Assembly (NCBI GenBank): GCA_031370645.1
Contig: JANMQV010000061.1
Span: forward strand, 1-48,687
Direction: 5' to 3'
Length of the DNA: 48,687 nucleotides
Origin: Candidatus Eiseniibacteriota bacterium
GTDB taxonomy: Bacteria; Eisenbacteria; RBG-16-71-46; SZUA-252
The notes under the pieces were generated by a model. It ran no database searches. It worked only from the letters and a program-made list of their open reading frames with translations, and was not told where the DNA came from. Shown here one piece after another: positions 37,680-47,289 of this stretch. Position numbers and translations under genes: made by a program. The first letter of the stretch is position 1; every line of letters starts with the position of its first letter.

Positions 37680-38183
37680 ATGGAACGGTCGGGAGTATAC
37701 AGGAGCGGTCCCGTCGGGGCGCTGATGGACGAGTACGAGCGCGCGGTCGCGGAGCTCGCCGGGATCATAGAGCGCCTCTCGGACGAGGAATACGAACGGG
37801 TGCGCGATACGGATACGAAAGACGAATCGTGCCGATCGATTCAGACGATTCTGACGCACGTCATCGGCGCCGGATACGGCTACGCGGGGATGTATCGGGA
37901 CACCTGGGGAGTGGAGCGGATTCCGCGCTGGAGCGAGAAGGTCGCGCGGTCGGAGGTGCGGCCCCAGCTCGAGGAGATGATCCGCTATACGATCGCGACC
38001 CTCGACGGCCGGTGGAACATGACGGAGGAAGAATTCGACGGGATGCGAATCCAGTCCCGGTGGGGCCAGGTCTACGACTTCGAGCAGCTCTTCGAGCACG
38101 CGATCGTGCATGTGCTCCGGCACCGGCGGCAAATCGATCGCTTCTTGGCGTCGCAGCGACCCTCTTCAATCCCAACGATCTAG
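37680..38183 (+). CDS. DinB family protein
   Basis: SIQTILTHV and EHAIVHVLRHRRQI His motifs. Confidence 0.88.
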   Translation: MERSGVYRSGPVGALMDEYERAVAELAGIIERLSDEEYERVRDTDTKDESCRSIQTILTHVIGAGYGYAGMYRDTWGVERIPRWSEKVARSEVRPQLEEMIRYTIATLDGRWNMTEEEFDGMRIQSRWGQVYDFEQLFEHAIVHVLRHRRQIDRFLASQRPSSIPTI

Positions 38184-38224
38184 AGGCTTGCCATGAGGTC
38201 CGGGTTGCGCAGGAGCCCGTGCCG

Positions 38225-40021
38225 TCAAGGATGACCCAGGTGCCCTCGCGTTTCCAGCTCCATCCACCGCGTGTACGCTTCGTGTAGCTCGGCCTCCACG
38301 GCCGCCAGTCGCTCACGTATCCGCGCGAGCTCCTCGCCCCGCGTGGTGTAGAAGTCCGGCGACGCCATCAAGGCGAAGAGGTCCTGCTTCTCGATCTCGA
38401 GCTTCTCGATCGTTCCAGGCAGCTCCTCCATCTCTCGCTTCTCTTTGAATCCGGCCCGCCGCGGCCGTACCGCGTTGCGTTCCTGTTTCGGCCGGGCCGC
38501 CTTCGCCTCGGACGGGGGCTCGGCCACTTGTTTCTGGCGAAGCCAGTCCGCGTAGCCGCCGACGTACTCTCGCCACTGGCCCGCACCCTCGAAGACCAGA
38601 GTCGAGGTGACGACATTGTCGAGAAAGTCGCGATCGTGGGAGACGATCAGCAGCGTGCCCTGAAACTCCAGCAACAGCGACTCGAGCAACTCGAGCGTTT
38701 CGAGATCGAGATCGTTGGTTGGCTCATCGAGGACGAGGAGGTTACAGGGCCGGGAAAGGATCTTCGCGAGTTGTAGCCGCTTTCGCTCCCCGCCCGAGAG
38801 TCTGGCGATCGAACCCTGAATTTGCTCTGGGCTGAAGAGGAAGTCGCGCAGATAACCGACGACGTGACGGTCGGTGCCGCCCACCGACACGGTGTCGGCT
38901 CCGTCGCCAATGTTTTGGATCACGGTCTTCGATTCATCGAGCGAGTCGTGGAGCTGCTCGAAGTGCGCGACCTCGAGCCGCGTGCCGGCGGTAACGGTGC
39001 CCTCCTGTGGCGCGAGTTCTCCAAGCAGGAGCCGGATCAGCGTGGTCTTGCCGCACCCGTTGGGACCGAGGATGCCGATGCGATCGCCGCGCAGGATGGT
39101 CCCCGTATAACCCCGAACGATCGGCGCGTCGCCGTACGCGTAGCCGAGATTCTGGCAGCGCAACACGGCTCGGCCCGATCGTTCCGCCTCCTGGATGGCG
39201 CCCTTCACGCGGGCGACCTCATCGCGACGCGCGGCGCGCTCAAGCCGCAGCGACTCGAGCGCCCGGACGCGCCCCTCGTTCCGCGTGCGCCGCGCCTTGA
39301 TGCCGCGCCGCACCCAGGCCTCCTCCTGCGCCAGTTTCTTGTCGAAGAGCGCATCCTGGACGGCCTCGGCGCGCAATTCCGCTTCCCGCTGATCGAGATA
39401 GACTTCATAGGTCGTGCGATAGCTGCGGAACACGCCGCGGTCCAGGTCGAGGATGCGGGTGGCCAGGTTCCGGAGAAAGCCGCGATCATGCGTGACGAAG
39501 ACAAGCGTGCCGCGCCGTCGTTGCAGCGATTCCTCGAGGTGATTGATCGCGTCGATATCGAGGTGGTTCGTCGGCTCGTCCAAGATCAGGACGTCCGGGT
39601 CCCGCACCAGGGCCGCAGCCAGCAGAACACGGCGCTTGGATCCCGCGGACAACGTCTCGAGGGAGGCATTCAGATCCAGCGCCAGATCGCGCGCGGCCTG
39701 ATCAATTCGCGTTTCGATCTTCCAGGCGGCATCGCTGCGAGTCACGCCGCAGGCCTCGTGAAGGTAGTGCCCTACGGTGCCGGCGAGATCGAGAGGCACC
39801 TCCTGTGGAAGACTCGCCACCCGCAGACCGGGCTGGCGAATCACGTCGCCCGAATCGGGCGCGAGCGCGCCTTCGAGGATCTTGAGAAGTGTGGACTTGC
39901 CGGCGCCATTCCGGCCCAGGAGCCCGAGGCGTTCGCCATTTTCGATGTGAAGATTTACGGCGTCGAGGATGGCGGGCCCGGCAAAGGTGAGGCTCACATT
40001 GTTCAGGCTGATCAGCGACAT
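38225..40021 (-). CDS. uup: ABC-F family ATPase, Uup type
   Basis: Two NBDs (GRNGAGKST/LDEPTNHLD and GPNGCGKTT/LSGGE/LDEPTNDLD), linker EEAWVRRGIKARRTRNEGRVRAL, and a C-terminal coiled-coil ending YTRWMELE. Confidence 0.93.
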   Translation of the reverse strand: MSLISLNNVSLTFAGPAILDAVNLHIENGERLGLLGRNGAGKSTLLKILEGALAPDSGDVIRQPGLRVASLPQEVPLDLAGTVGHYLHEACGVTRSDAAWKIETRIDQAARDLALDLNASLETLSAGSKRRVLLAAALVRDPDVLILDEPTNHLDIDAINHLEESLQRRRGTLVFVTHDRGFLRNLATRILDLDRGVFRSYRTTYEVYLDQREAELRAEAVQDALFDKKLAQEEAWVRRGIKARRTRNEGRVRALESLRLERAARRDEVARVKGAIQEAERSGRAVLRCQNLGYAYGDAPIVRGYTGTILRGDRIGILGPNGCGKTTLIRLLLGELAPQEGTVTAGTRLEVAHFEQLHDSLDESKTVIQNIGDGADTVSVGGTDRHVVGYLRDFLFSPEQIQGSIARLSGGERKRLQLAKILSRPCNLLVLDEPTNDLDLETLELLESLLLEFQGTLLIVSHDRDFLDNVVTSTLVFEGAGQWREYVGGYADWLRQKQVAEPPSEAKAARPKQERNAVRPRRAGFKEKREMEELPGTIEKLEIEKQDLFALMASPDFYTTRGEELARIRERLAAVEAELHEAYTRWMELETRGHLGHP

Positions 40022-40123
40022 GGGGCTGCTGGTCTCCGGGAACGTGATGGGTGACAATGAGCCGATTCTGTCGACTATGCCAGAATTGCGCTCCGCCTAC
40101 CCCAACCGAACTCGAGGCTTTTC

Positions 40124-40666
40124 GTGGCGCATGGCTCCGTGGTCCACGTATTCAACGTGCAGCTCTCCCACGTGGATCGTAGCGTTTACGAGTCGCTCGA
40201 GTTGCGGGTGGCACGACATCCTTCCGAGAGTGAGGAATTTCTGTGCTCTCGCGTGCTCGCTTACTGCCTCGAATACCGCGAAGGGCTTGCCTTCTCGAAA
40301 GGGTTGTCCGAGCCCGATCAACCGGCGCTCGAAGTACGAGACCTGACGAGCACCTTGCTGGCGTGGATCGAGGTGGGGGCGCCTGACGCCGAGCGACTTC
40401 ACCGGGCGAGCAAGGCGGCGCGACGCGTGGCGGTGTACACGCACCACGATGCCCGGCGCTACTGGGCCTCGCTCGCGGGCGCGCACATCCACAAGGCGGA
40501 ATCTCTCGAACTTTACGGGTTCGACCACGAGGTAATGGCGGCGCTCGTCGCCAGTCTCGTGCGGCGAATGACGTTCGACCTGACGGTTACGGGGGGCATG
40601 CTCTACCTCACGCTCGGCCAGGAACTGCTCTCAGGTCCCGTGACCTCCCACCGATTGACCGCGTAG
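40124..40666 (+). CDS. yaeQ: YaeQ family protein
   Basis: RVARHPSES, RVLAYCL, FSKGLS, WIEVGAPD, RLHRASK. Confidence 0.92.
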   Translation: MAHGSVVHVFNVQLSHVDRSVYESLELRVARHPSESEEFLCSRVLAYCLEYREGLAFSKGLSEPDQPALEVRDLTSTLLAWIEVGAPDAERLHRASKAARRVAVYTHHDARRYWASLAGAHIHKAESLELYGFDHEVMAALVASLVRRMTFDLTVTGGMLYLTLGQELLSGPVTSHRLTA

Positions 40667-40721
40667 AGGCTGTGCTGTACGACGGTGCTCGCGATGGCGC
40701 GCCGCAGCCCCTAGGGGAACA

Positions 40722-42455
40722 CTACTGGAGAATCATGAGCCGCCCGGTAGCGACTCCCTCGGCTGCCTGCACCCGGTACATGTAGATCCCGGAGGCGAGC
40801 CTTCTGCCGCGAGCGTCCCGGCCATCGAGTGGGATTTCGTGGCGGCCACCGGTTGCGTGAGGCTGATCCAATAGCGTGCGAACCAGGCGTCCGTTCAGAT
40901 CGAAGAGCAGGACCTTGATCGCGCCGGGCTGCGATGTTTCGAAGACGACAGCCCCTGTCTGACGGAGCGGGTTCGGATAAACAGAACCGGCCAGCGAATT
41001 CCCCGCATGGACGAGGTTGAGGTCAAGGCTCGCCCTGAGGGTACCGCCCGTCAGCACTTCCGCCACGATCGTCACAGGAACGGTCTCCCTCCCTTGAGTT
41101 CCCTCGAGGAAACTTCGAAGATCGTCTCGACCAAAGCACGCGGTGATCTCTTGAATCCCGTTCCGATCGCGGTCCGTAGCCACGATTGTCTTTCCGCTCA
41201 GAGCCGCGATGGAGGCCGTTGAGCCCGGCACTCCCGAAACCATGCGAATCGTGGACAGATCCACTTGCAGGTTGTCGTAGTCCCCGTTCACCGGCTCGAT
41301 TTGAATACAGAGTGGCTGCCCGCCGGGCGAGCCAGGCGTGCTGCGATGCCCATCCGCTACGAATGCTCGGGCCGGGAGCACATCACGAATGACCACCGAG
41401 GTCGCATCGCAGTCGGACAGGCTTTGTCCACCGCTGATGTCGGGCCCATCGACTACCAGCGTCACTCGATAGGTTCCGGGAGTCGTATAGGTGTGCGAGG
41501 GCATGACACCATCGCCGATCTTCGAATCACCAAAATCCCAGGTGAAGGGGAATCCCGACGAGGCCCCGCCGTTGAAATTCACGGGCACTCCTGCGACGCC
41601 CGAGTAGGGGCCGCCTGCCTTGGCCGATGCGCCGAGCTTCGCCGTGAACGTCGCGGCGTTGCCCGCGGGCAGCCCAGACATGTCGGCCGTTAGCGATACG
41701 ATCGATTCATCGTCCGGATCTTTGACATCGAGGAAAATTTCGAAATACTCGGGAGGCGTGTTGGCCAGGTCAACCGTGTCGATCTCTCCCGACCCTCCTC
41801 CGCATCCCCCGCAGGACCCGATGCTGACGATCGGACCGCGAGTGGGGGCTTCGGCCGAGGGGTGCTGAACGCTTGGCGCGGGGTTTGGGGCGGCCGTTGG
41901 CCCGTTGATCACGCTAAGCGACTTCACCAGGGAGGCGATCTCACCATCCGAAGCAGTCGCTGTAAATGTGACGGTGTAGCTCCCGATGTCGGCCATCGTC
42001 GGAGACCAGCGGAACACACCTTTGGCTTGAATCACCTCCGGCACTTCGAACAGTTCGCTTGAGGAGACACTCTGCCCATTGGCTGTGCTGGCGGTGAAGA
42101 CGACGAATCCTCGTCGATCTCCAGCCGCGGGATGCCAGATGAGCGTGCCGGTAGTATTCGTCGCGTCGGTCACGAACGTGGCGTCATTCCCCTCGGGCAG
42201 GCCCGACAAGTCTGCCGTCAGCGATGTAATAGCACCATTCAGGTTCGTGGCCGCGACCGTGGCAACGGCCAGACAAGGTTCCTCCGCGATCACCTCGGAT
42301 GATATCGAGAGGTCCGTCGCCGCATTCGTTGTCGGGGCATTGCGAAACGGGATTCCGGCTCTTGCGTCGGTGGCGATGCCGACGAGACCGAGAGCGATGA
42401 CTGCGAACCATGCATGGAATGAGATACGCCACAGCAAATTGCTGTCCGGCTTCAT
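40722..42455 (-). CDS. Secreted Ig/PKD-domain protein with a T9SS/FlgD-like C-terminal domain
   Basis: Signal peptide; repeated SLTAD(L/M)SGLP; PKD AGGPYSG...WDFGD...HTYTTPGTYRVTL; VYPNP...LFDLNGRLVRTL...DGRDARGRRLASGIY. Confidence 0.88.
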   Translation of the reverse strand: MKPDSNLLWRISFHAWFAVIALGLVGIATDARAGIPFRNAPTTNAATDLSISSEVIAEEPCLAVATVAATNLNGAITSLTADLSGLPEGNDATFVTDATNTTGTLIWHPAAGDRRGFVVFTASTANGQSVSSSELFEVPEVIQAKGVFRWSPTMADIGSYTVTFTATASDGEIASLVKSLSVINGPTAAPNPAPSVQHPSAEAPTRGPIVSIGSCGGCGGGSGEIDTVDLANTPPEYFEIFLDVKDPDDESIVSLTADMSGLPAGNAATFTAKLGASAKAGGPYSGVAGVPVNFNGGASSGFPFTWDFGDSKIGDGVMPSHTYTTPGTYRVTLVVDGPDISGGQSLSDCDATSVVIRDVLPARAFVADGHRSTPGSPGGQPLCIQIEPVNGDYDNLQVDLSTIRMVSGVPGSTASIAALSGKTIVATDRDRNGIQEITACFGRDDLRSFLEGTQGRETVPVTIVAEVLTGGTLRASLDLNLVHAGNSLAGSVYPNPLRQTGAVVFETSQPGAIKVLLFDLNGRLVRTLLDQPHATGGRHEIPLDGRDARGRRLASGIYMYRVQAAEGVATGRLMILQ

Positions 42456-42672
42456 CTTAGACCCCCGAGCAATGGTGCGGCCGACAGCTACCAGACCCTC
42501 TCCCCAAGCCCCGTTGGTCCGGGGATTCTGGGATCTGGGAACCGAGCGCAGAACCCAATCATTCGGCCGCCTCTCGCAAGTGGTCAAGCCCATATCTTGC
42601 TGAAATCAGAACCGTCCTGGAAGCACTTGGGCCAGTGTGGGAGATGTCGTTGCCGAATACGCGAGAACCCCG

Positions 42673-43602
42673 TCAGGTCCCGCGCTTATAAGAGGCGGCA
42701 GTGCTTCGGATGCCCTCTGCATAGGGGGTGCCCGCGAAGCCAAATTCCCTGGCAAACTTGCTGGAGTCGAAGAGGTAGGGAGAGTCGCTCTGATAGAGCA
42801 TTTCGTAGGATTCCGCGACCAACGGATCGAATAGCCCGGCAAGGCGCAACATGGGCCTGCTGAGAACGCGATGTCTCGGCTCCACGCCGAATTCCTTCGC
42901 GGCCAGCGTGACAAACACTTTCCCCGTCGGCGGATTGGTTGTCGTGGGGGTATGCCAGGTCTGATTCCAGGCCGAGGCCCGCTCGGTGAGTTGGACCAGG
43001 CTTCGCGCGGCGTCCGGCGTGTAAGTAAAGGAGTGAGGGACAGAATCATTCACGAGCCATGAGGCTTTCTTCTCTCGGGAGAAAGGCTCGAAGACCAGAA
43101 GATTGGCCACGCTACTGCGAGCGGCGGGGCCGTAGAAATCAGCGGCGCGCACGATCATGCCGGTGAGAGAGCCTGACTTCCACTCGTGGATCAGCGTGGT
43201 GGCGATCCTCGCGCGTATTTCACCTTTCCTGCTACACGGGTTGAACGGCGTCTCCTCGGTCATGGCACCACTGACCTTGCCGTACATGTATACGTTGTCG
43301 AAGAAAACGAGCCTGGCTCCGGCGCGCTTGCAGGCTTCGACAGTGTTGCTCATGACACGCGGCCACATTTCCTGCCAGACCTTTTGATCGTATTTGAGAC
43401 CAACGACCAGGTAGACAATGCTGGACCCGGCGACGGCGCGGATGGCTTGGTCTCCATCCGTGAGATCGGCGGCGAGTGACTCGGTCGCGCCGGGAGCGGT
43501 CCGCGGGCTTCTGCCTACGAGACGGAACGGCTGATTCTTTGCGGCGAGCTGCTTGACGAGTTCGTTCCCAATCGCGCCGCCCGCCCCGAGGATCGTGATC
43601 AT
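42673..43602 (-). CDS. NAD-dependent epimerase/dehydratase (atypical SDR)
   Basis: TILGAGGAIG, FFDNVYMYG, RKGEIRA, RAADFYGP, HSFTYTPD. Confidence 0.92.
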   Translation of the reverse strand: MITILGAGGAIGNELVKQLAAKNQPFRLVGRSPRTAPGATESLAADLTDGDQAIRAVAGSSIVYLVVGLKYDQKVWQEMWPRVMSNTVEACKRAGARLVFFDNVYMYGKVSGAMTEETPFNPCSRKGEIRARIATTLIHEWKSGSLTGMIVRAADFYGPAARSSVANLLVFEPFSREKKASWLVNDSVPHSFTYTPDAARSLVQLTERASAWNQTWHTPTTTNPPTGKVFVTLAAKEFGVEPRHRVLSRPMLRLAGLFDPLVAESYEMLYQSDSPYLFDSSKFAREFGFAGTPYAEGIRSTAASYKRGT

Positions 43603-43649
43603 TCAGATTCTGCCTTTCCCGTGAGCCCTGTTCGAAACGGCCAGAGTCG

Positions 43650-44126
43650 TCAGCCCCGCCGCGCTGCCTCGATGGTGGCGACGTCGATCTTCCCCATCGG
43701 CATCATCGCCTCGAAGGCACGCTTCGCCTCACCTCCACCGGCCGCGAGCGCCTCGGCTAGCGCGCGGGGGGTGATCTGCCAGGAGAGGCCCCAGCGATCC
43801 TTGCACCAACCGCACTGACTCTCCTTGCCGCCGTTGCCGACGATCGCGTTCCAGTAGCGGTCCGTCTCTTCCTGATTGTCCGTCGCGATCTGGAAAGAGA
43901 AAGCCTCGCTGTGCCTGAACTCCCGTCCTCCATTAAGACCGAGGCAGGGAATGCCCAAAACGGTGAACTCCACCGTCAGCACATCGCCCTCCTTGCCGCC
44001 CGGGTAGTCACTGGGCGCCTTGTGAACAGCGGTCACTTCACTATTCGGAAAGGTGGCGGCGTAGAAGCGCGCCGCCTCATGCGCGTCCTTGTCGAACCAG
44101 AGGCAGATCGTGTTCTTCGGCTTCAT
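43650..44126 (-). CDS. VOC / PhnB-like (3-demethylubiquinone-9 3-methyltransferase-like) protein
   Basis: KNTICLWFD, LNGG, SEAFSFQI, CGWCKDRWGLSWQITP; RBS AAGGAG. Confidence 0.93.
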   Translation of the reverse strand: MKPKNTICLWFDKDAHEAARFYAATFPNSEVTAVHKAPSDYPGGKEGDVLTVEFTVLGIPCLGLNGGREFRHSEAFSFQIATDNQEETDRYWNAIVGNGGKESQCGWCKDRWGLSWQITPRALAEALAAGGGEAKRAFEAMMPMGKIDVATIEAARRG

Positions 44127-44240
44127 GTTCATGTGCTCCTTGTGTTGGGACTGGCCTGGGTGTGCCTCCTCCATGCTCCGTCCGCGTCGGCGTCCTTGCG
44201 GGTGGCGCCACTGCCCGGTAGCGTCGCGCGATGCTCACGA

Positions 44241-45077
44241 TCATTCTACGCCGGCTCCGCTCCCAGTGCCGTGGGCAACCACTTTCCCAAACTCGTCCAA
44301 CAGAATGTGGACGTGCCCCACGCGTTCGAAGCCGAGCCGTTCGAGAACCGCACGCGACATTGCACCTGCCTGAGTGAAGAGGGCGGGCGTGCCGCGCGCG
44401 ACCGCTTCATCCCAGCGGGCGCGGAGGAGGGCCCGGTAGGCGCCGCGTCCACGGGCCGCGGGGTGTGTCGCGCCTCCATAGAGAAGAAGTCCATGGGGCG
44501 TCGGGGCACACTTTCCCGCGGAAACGATCACTCCCTCGTGCCACGCCGCGTGCATGATGGTCGGCGAGTCGCGCCAGCGTTCCGCAAGACCGTCGCGATG
44601 CTCCGCGGCCTCGACCTCCGTCGTCGGGAACGCCGCAAGTTGGACTTCGTTCGCCGCCACGTACTCCTCGAACGTCTCGACCCGGCGCGCCATGAAATCT
44701 GACGTCGGCACGGGCGGCTCCTTCCTCAGTACGACGGCAACGGCGAACGGTTCCGTGTCGCGCCCGAGCCCGCGCTGAAGCAACATCTCGACCAAGTCTC
44801 GCGGCTCCGCCGCGCTCCCGATCTCCCACTGCGTGCTGCCGCGTCCCCGAGCGCGAAGCAGCGATCGGACCTCGCCGATGACTTCGTCAACGTCGGCGGC
44901 GGGAAATCGCTGGCGCTGAACCGTGTTCCACCCCAAGCCCTGCCCCATGCAGAGGGTATAGCGAGGGGTCTCGATCCGCTCCTCGTTCGGACCGAGCGGC
45001 CCGAAGGAGTTCGGATATTCCGCGATGTCGCGCATCAGGTCCGAGGACATCGCAGATTGGGGGAGTGGGTCAGGCAT
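44241..45077 (-). CDS. GNAT-family acetyltransferase (C-terminal GNAT domain)
   Basis: GGATHPAARGRGAYRALL acetyl-CoA loop and SRAVLERLGF; start may be 45050. Confidence 0.85.
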   Translation of the reverse strand: MPDPLPQSAMSSDLMRDIAEYPNSFGPLGPNEERIETPRYTLCMGQGLGWNTVQRQRFPAADVDEVIGEVRSLLRARGRGSTQWEIGSAAEPRDLVEMLLQRGLGRDTEPFAVAVVLRKEPPVPTSDFMARRVETFEEYVAANEVQLAAFPTTEVEAAEHRDGLAERWRDSPTIMHAAWHEGVIVSAGKCAPTPHGLLLYGGATHPAARGRGAYRALLRARWDEAVARGTPALFTQAGAMSRAVLERLGFERVGHVHILLDEFGKVVAHGTGSGAGVE

Positions 45078-45130
45078 GTTGGCAGTCTACACGAGCCGCC
45101 GCACGGAACAGCCCCAACTCATAGCGAGAC

Positions 45131-45153
45131 CCCGTGGCGTCCGAAAACTCGAT
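45131..45153 (+). repeat. 23-bp dispersed repeat, copy 1 (IS/MITE terminal-like)
   Basis: CCCGTGGCGTCCGAAAACTCGAT, 20/23 identical to 48646-48668. Confidence 0.55.
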
Positions 45154-45437
45154 CCCTCCACTTACGCGACCCCCCGGTGGTAGTACGTAGTACCTTGAGG
45201 AGCCCTCTGAGCCGCTCTGCCATACCGGAAAGAATGTCCGCAAGAACTCTCTGTTCGCTCGACCCCCCATTGCTAATTGACTACTACATGACCGCAGATG
45301 CAATCTGATCGAACCATCCAGCACACCTCGACTCTTGCCTACGATTGGGGGGCCATCATGGCGAGCGGTCTTCTCCGAGTGTCAGGGACCATTTCCACTT
45401 CCACCATCGACGAGCGTGTCGCGTAGCTGAGAATCGG

Positions 45438-45971
45438 ATGAGGATTTCGATCGGTAGTTCCTATTCCATCACCGACATCGCTCCGACCGACAAGACAGCC
45501 TACCTGCAGCATCTCGCAGAGAAGCAGATTTCCGATCTGACCCAGAACATTCCGCACCCATACACCGAGGCGGACGCGGAGTGGTGGCTCAATCACGTTG
45601 CCGAGGAGACTCGTCGCGTGGGGCGCAGCGTGAATTGGGCCATTCGGAATGACGGTGGGTATCTCATTGGGGGGATCGGGTTCCACGATCTGGAACTCGG
45701 AAAGACTCACATGGGCGAGATAGGGTATTGGTTGGCGAAGCCCAATTGGCGAAAAGGGATCGTGACCGAAGCAGTGAAGCGGGTCTCTGAACTTGGCTTT
45801 ACTGAGCTTGGCCTCGTCCGCATCAGCGCCTACGTCTTTCATTTCAACGCTGGCTCGATACGTGTTCTGGAGAAGGCTGGATTTACGTTTGAGGGGATTC
45901 TCCGCAAGTACTGCCGAAAGGGTGAGGCGATCTTCGACGCCCTTCTCTACTCGAAGCTGAAGGACGACTGA
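45438..45971 (+). CDS. RimJ/RimL-type GNAT N-acetyltransferase
   Basis: IPHPYT, LIGGIG, EIGYWL, WRKGIVTEA, NAGSIRVLEKAGFTFEG. Confidence 0.93.
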   Translation: MRISIGSSYSITDIAPTDKTAYLQHLAEKQISDLTQNIPHPYTEADAEWWLNHVAEETRRVGRSVNWAIRNDGGYLIGGIGFHDLELGKTHMGEIGYWLAKPNWRKGIVTEAVKRVSELGFTELGLVRISAYVFHFNAGSIRVLEKAGFTFEGILRKYCRKGEAIFDALLYSKLKDD

Positions 45972-46038
45972 AAGCGGCTCGAACCCGAAGGGTGACGCGG
46001 CCACTGTTTCATGAAACAAAGTCCCGGAGGTGTCAGTC

Positions 46039-47223
46039 ATGCGCGGACCGATTCTAGGATTCATTGTCATTCTCTCCGTCCTCATGCTTCCGGCGCGTGC
46101 CGAGAGTTCAGCCCAGTTCTGGCCACTTCCTATTTTGCAGCCCGGCGATTCTGTGAGTTTCGCCTACTCGATATCGCCGGACGGCAAGCTCGTCGTCGGA
46201 GAAAGTTTCTCCGCCAAGATATCCGTCCACGGGGAAGCGGCCGTGTGGTCGTACGAGAATGGCAACTGGGTCGTGAAGGGCTTGGGGCTTCCGACCACCC
46301 CACCAGGAGCCGTCAACAGTCCCGCTGCGCGAATCTCCGCGGACGGCAAGCTCATCGTGGGCCGATCCTCGTTCGGAGCACCGACCAATCCTCCGAACAA
46401 CACGTACGGTTGGTGTTGGGGGAGCGCGGGCGGATTCAAGATCCTCCCCATGCCGCCGAACTCCATCGTGGCTCAAGCCGTTTTCACGACGGAGGGTGGT
46501 ACCACGATTGCGGGCTTCGCGAGCCCGGATGTCTACTACCGCCTCAACTCGCGCCCGGTCGTCTGGCGAGGCAGCTACAACTCGGGCTGGGCGGCCGCGT
46601 CACTCGACGATGGCGAGGGGTGGGCGCTCGGGGCCGACATGACCGGAAACAGGATCGTCGGCTGGTCTCGGCCTCCGGACACCGACCCCTCCATCCCGGG
46701 GGGCCAAGCGAGATCGGCTGCTCTGTGGTCGTGGGGTGGCGGGAGTTGGACGAAGACATGGTTGGGATCTTTGCCCGCCGACAGCGGTCGCGGCACCGTA
46801 GCCATGATCGCGCCCCGAGGCCATTTTGCCACTGGCTACAGTGGAACCATGGAAGCAAACCGGCCGGTCATGTGGACTCTCTTGCCCAACGGCAAGCCGA
46901 CGAGAGTTACAGATCTCGGCATGCTGCCGAAGTCCACGTTGGGACTCGCCAACGCTGCCACGGCGAACGGAAGGCGAGTGGTCGGACACTGCAGCCGCAT
47001 CGAGAACGGCGACTTTCTCTACGAGGCGTTCGTCTGGGAGAGAGGTACCGGAATCCGGAGCTTGCGAGAGATATTGATCGCCGGGGGAGCGCTCGGCGTG
47101 GAGGGATGGAAGAACCTCGCGGCGACCGGAATCTCAGACGACGGCAATACGATATGCGGATACGGGACCGATCCCAGTAGCCCGGACGGTCACGACATGG
47201 CGTGGGTCGCGAGGCTTAGGTAG
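46039..47223 (+). CDS. Secreted HAF-like extracellular repeat (beta-propeller) protein
   Basis: RBS GGAGG; signal peptide; repeated AxxISxDGxxxVG (ISPDGKLVVG, ISADGKLIVG, ISDDGNTICG); YEAFVW. Confidence 0.82.
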   Translation: MRGPILGFIVILSVLMLPARAESSAQFWPLPILQPGDSVSFAYSISPDGKLVVGESFSAKISVHGEAAVWSYENGNWVVKGLGLPTTPPGAVNSPAARISADGKLIVGRSSFGAPTNPPNNTYGWCWGSAGGFKILPMPPNSIVAQAVFTTEGGTTIAGFASPDVYYRLNSRPVVWRGSYNSGWAAASLDDGEGWALGADMTGNRIVGWSRPPDTDPSIPGGQARSAALWSWGGGSWTKTWLGSLPADSGRGTVAMIAPRGHFATGYSGTMEANRPVMWTLLPNGKPTRVTDLGMLPKSTLGLANAATANGRRVVGHCSRIENGDFLYEAFVWERGTGIRSLREILIAGGALGVEGWKNLAATGISDDGNTICGYGTDPSSPDGHDMAWVARLR

Positions 47224-47289
47224 CCTCGGCGTGTCATCCTGCGGGTTTACCGATGCTGGATGGTGGGCGTTCAACCAGGGGGACCAAGC

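Noticed and set aside
34757-40054. Plus-strand ORFs 34757..35869, 36257..37114 and 38822..40054
   Set aside because: Antisense shadows of fdh, DUF885 and uup.
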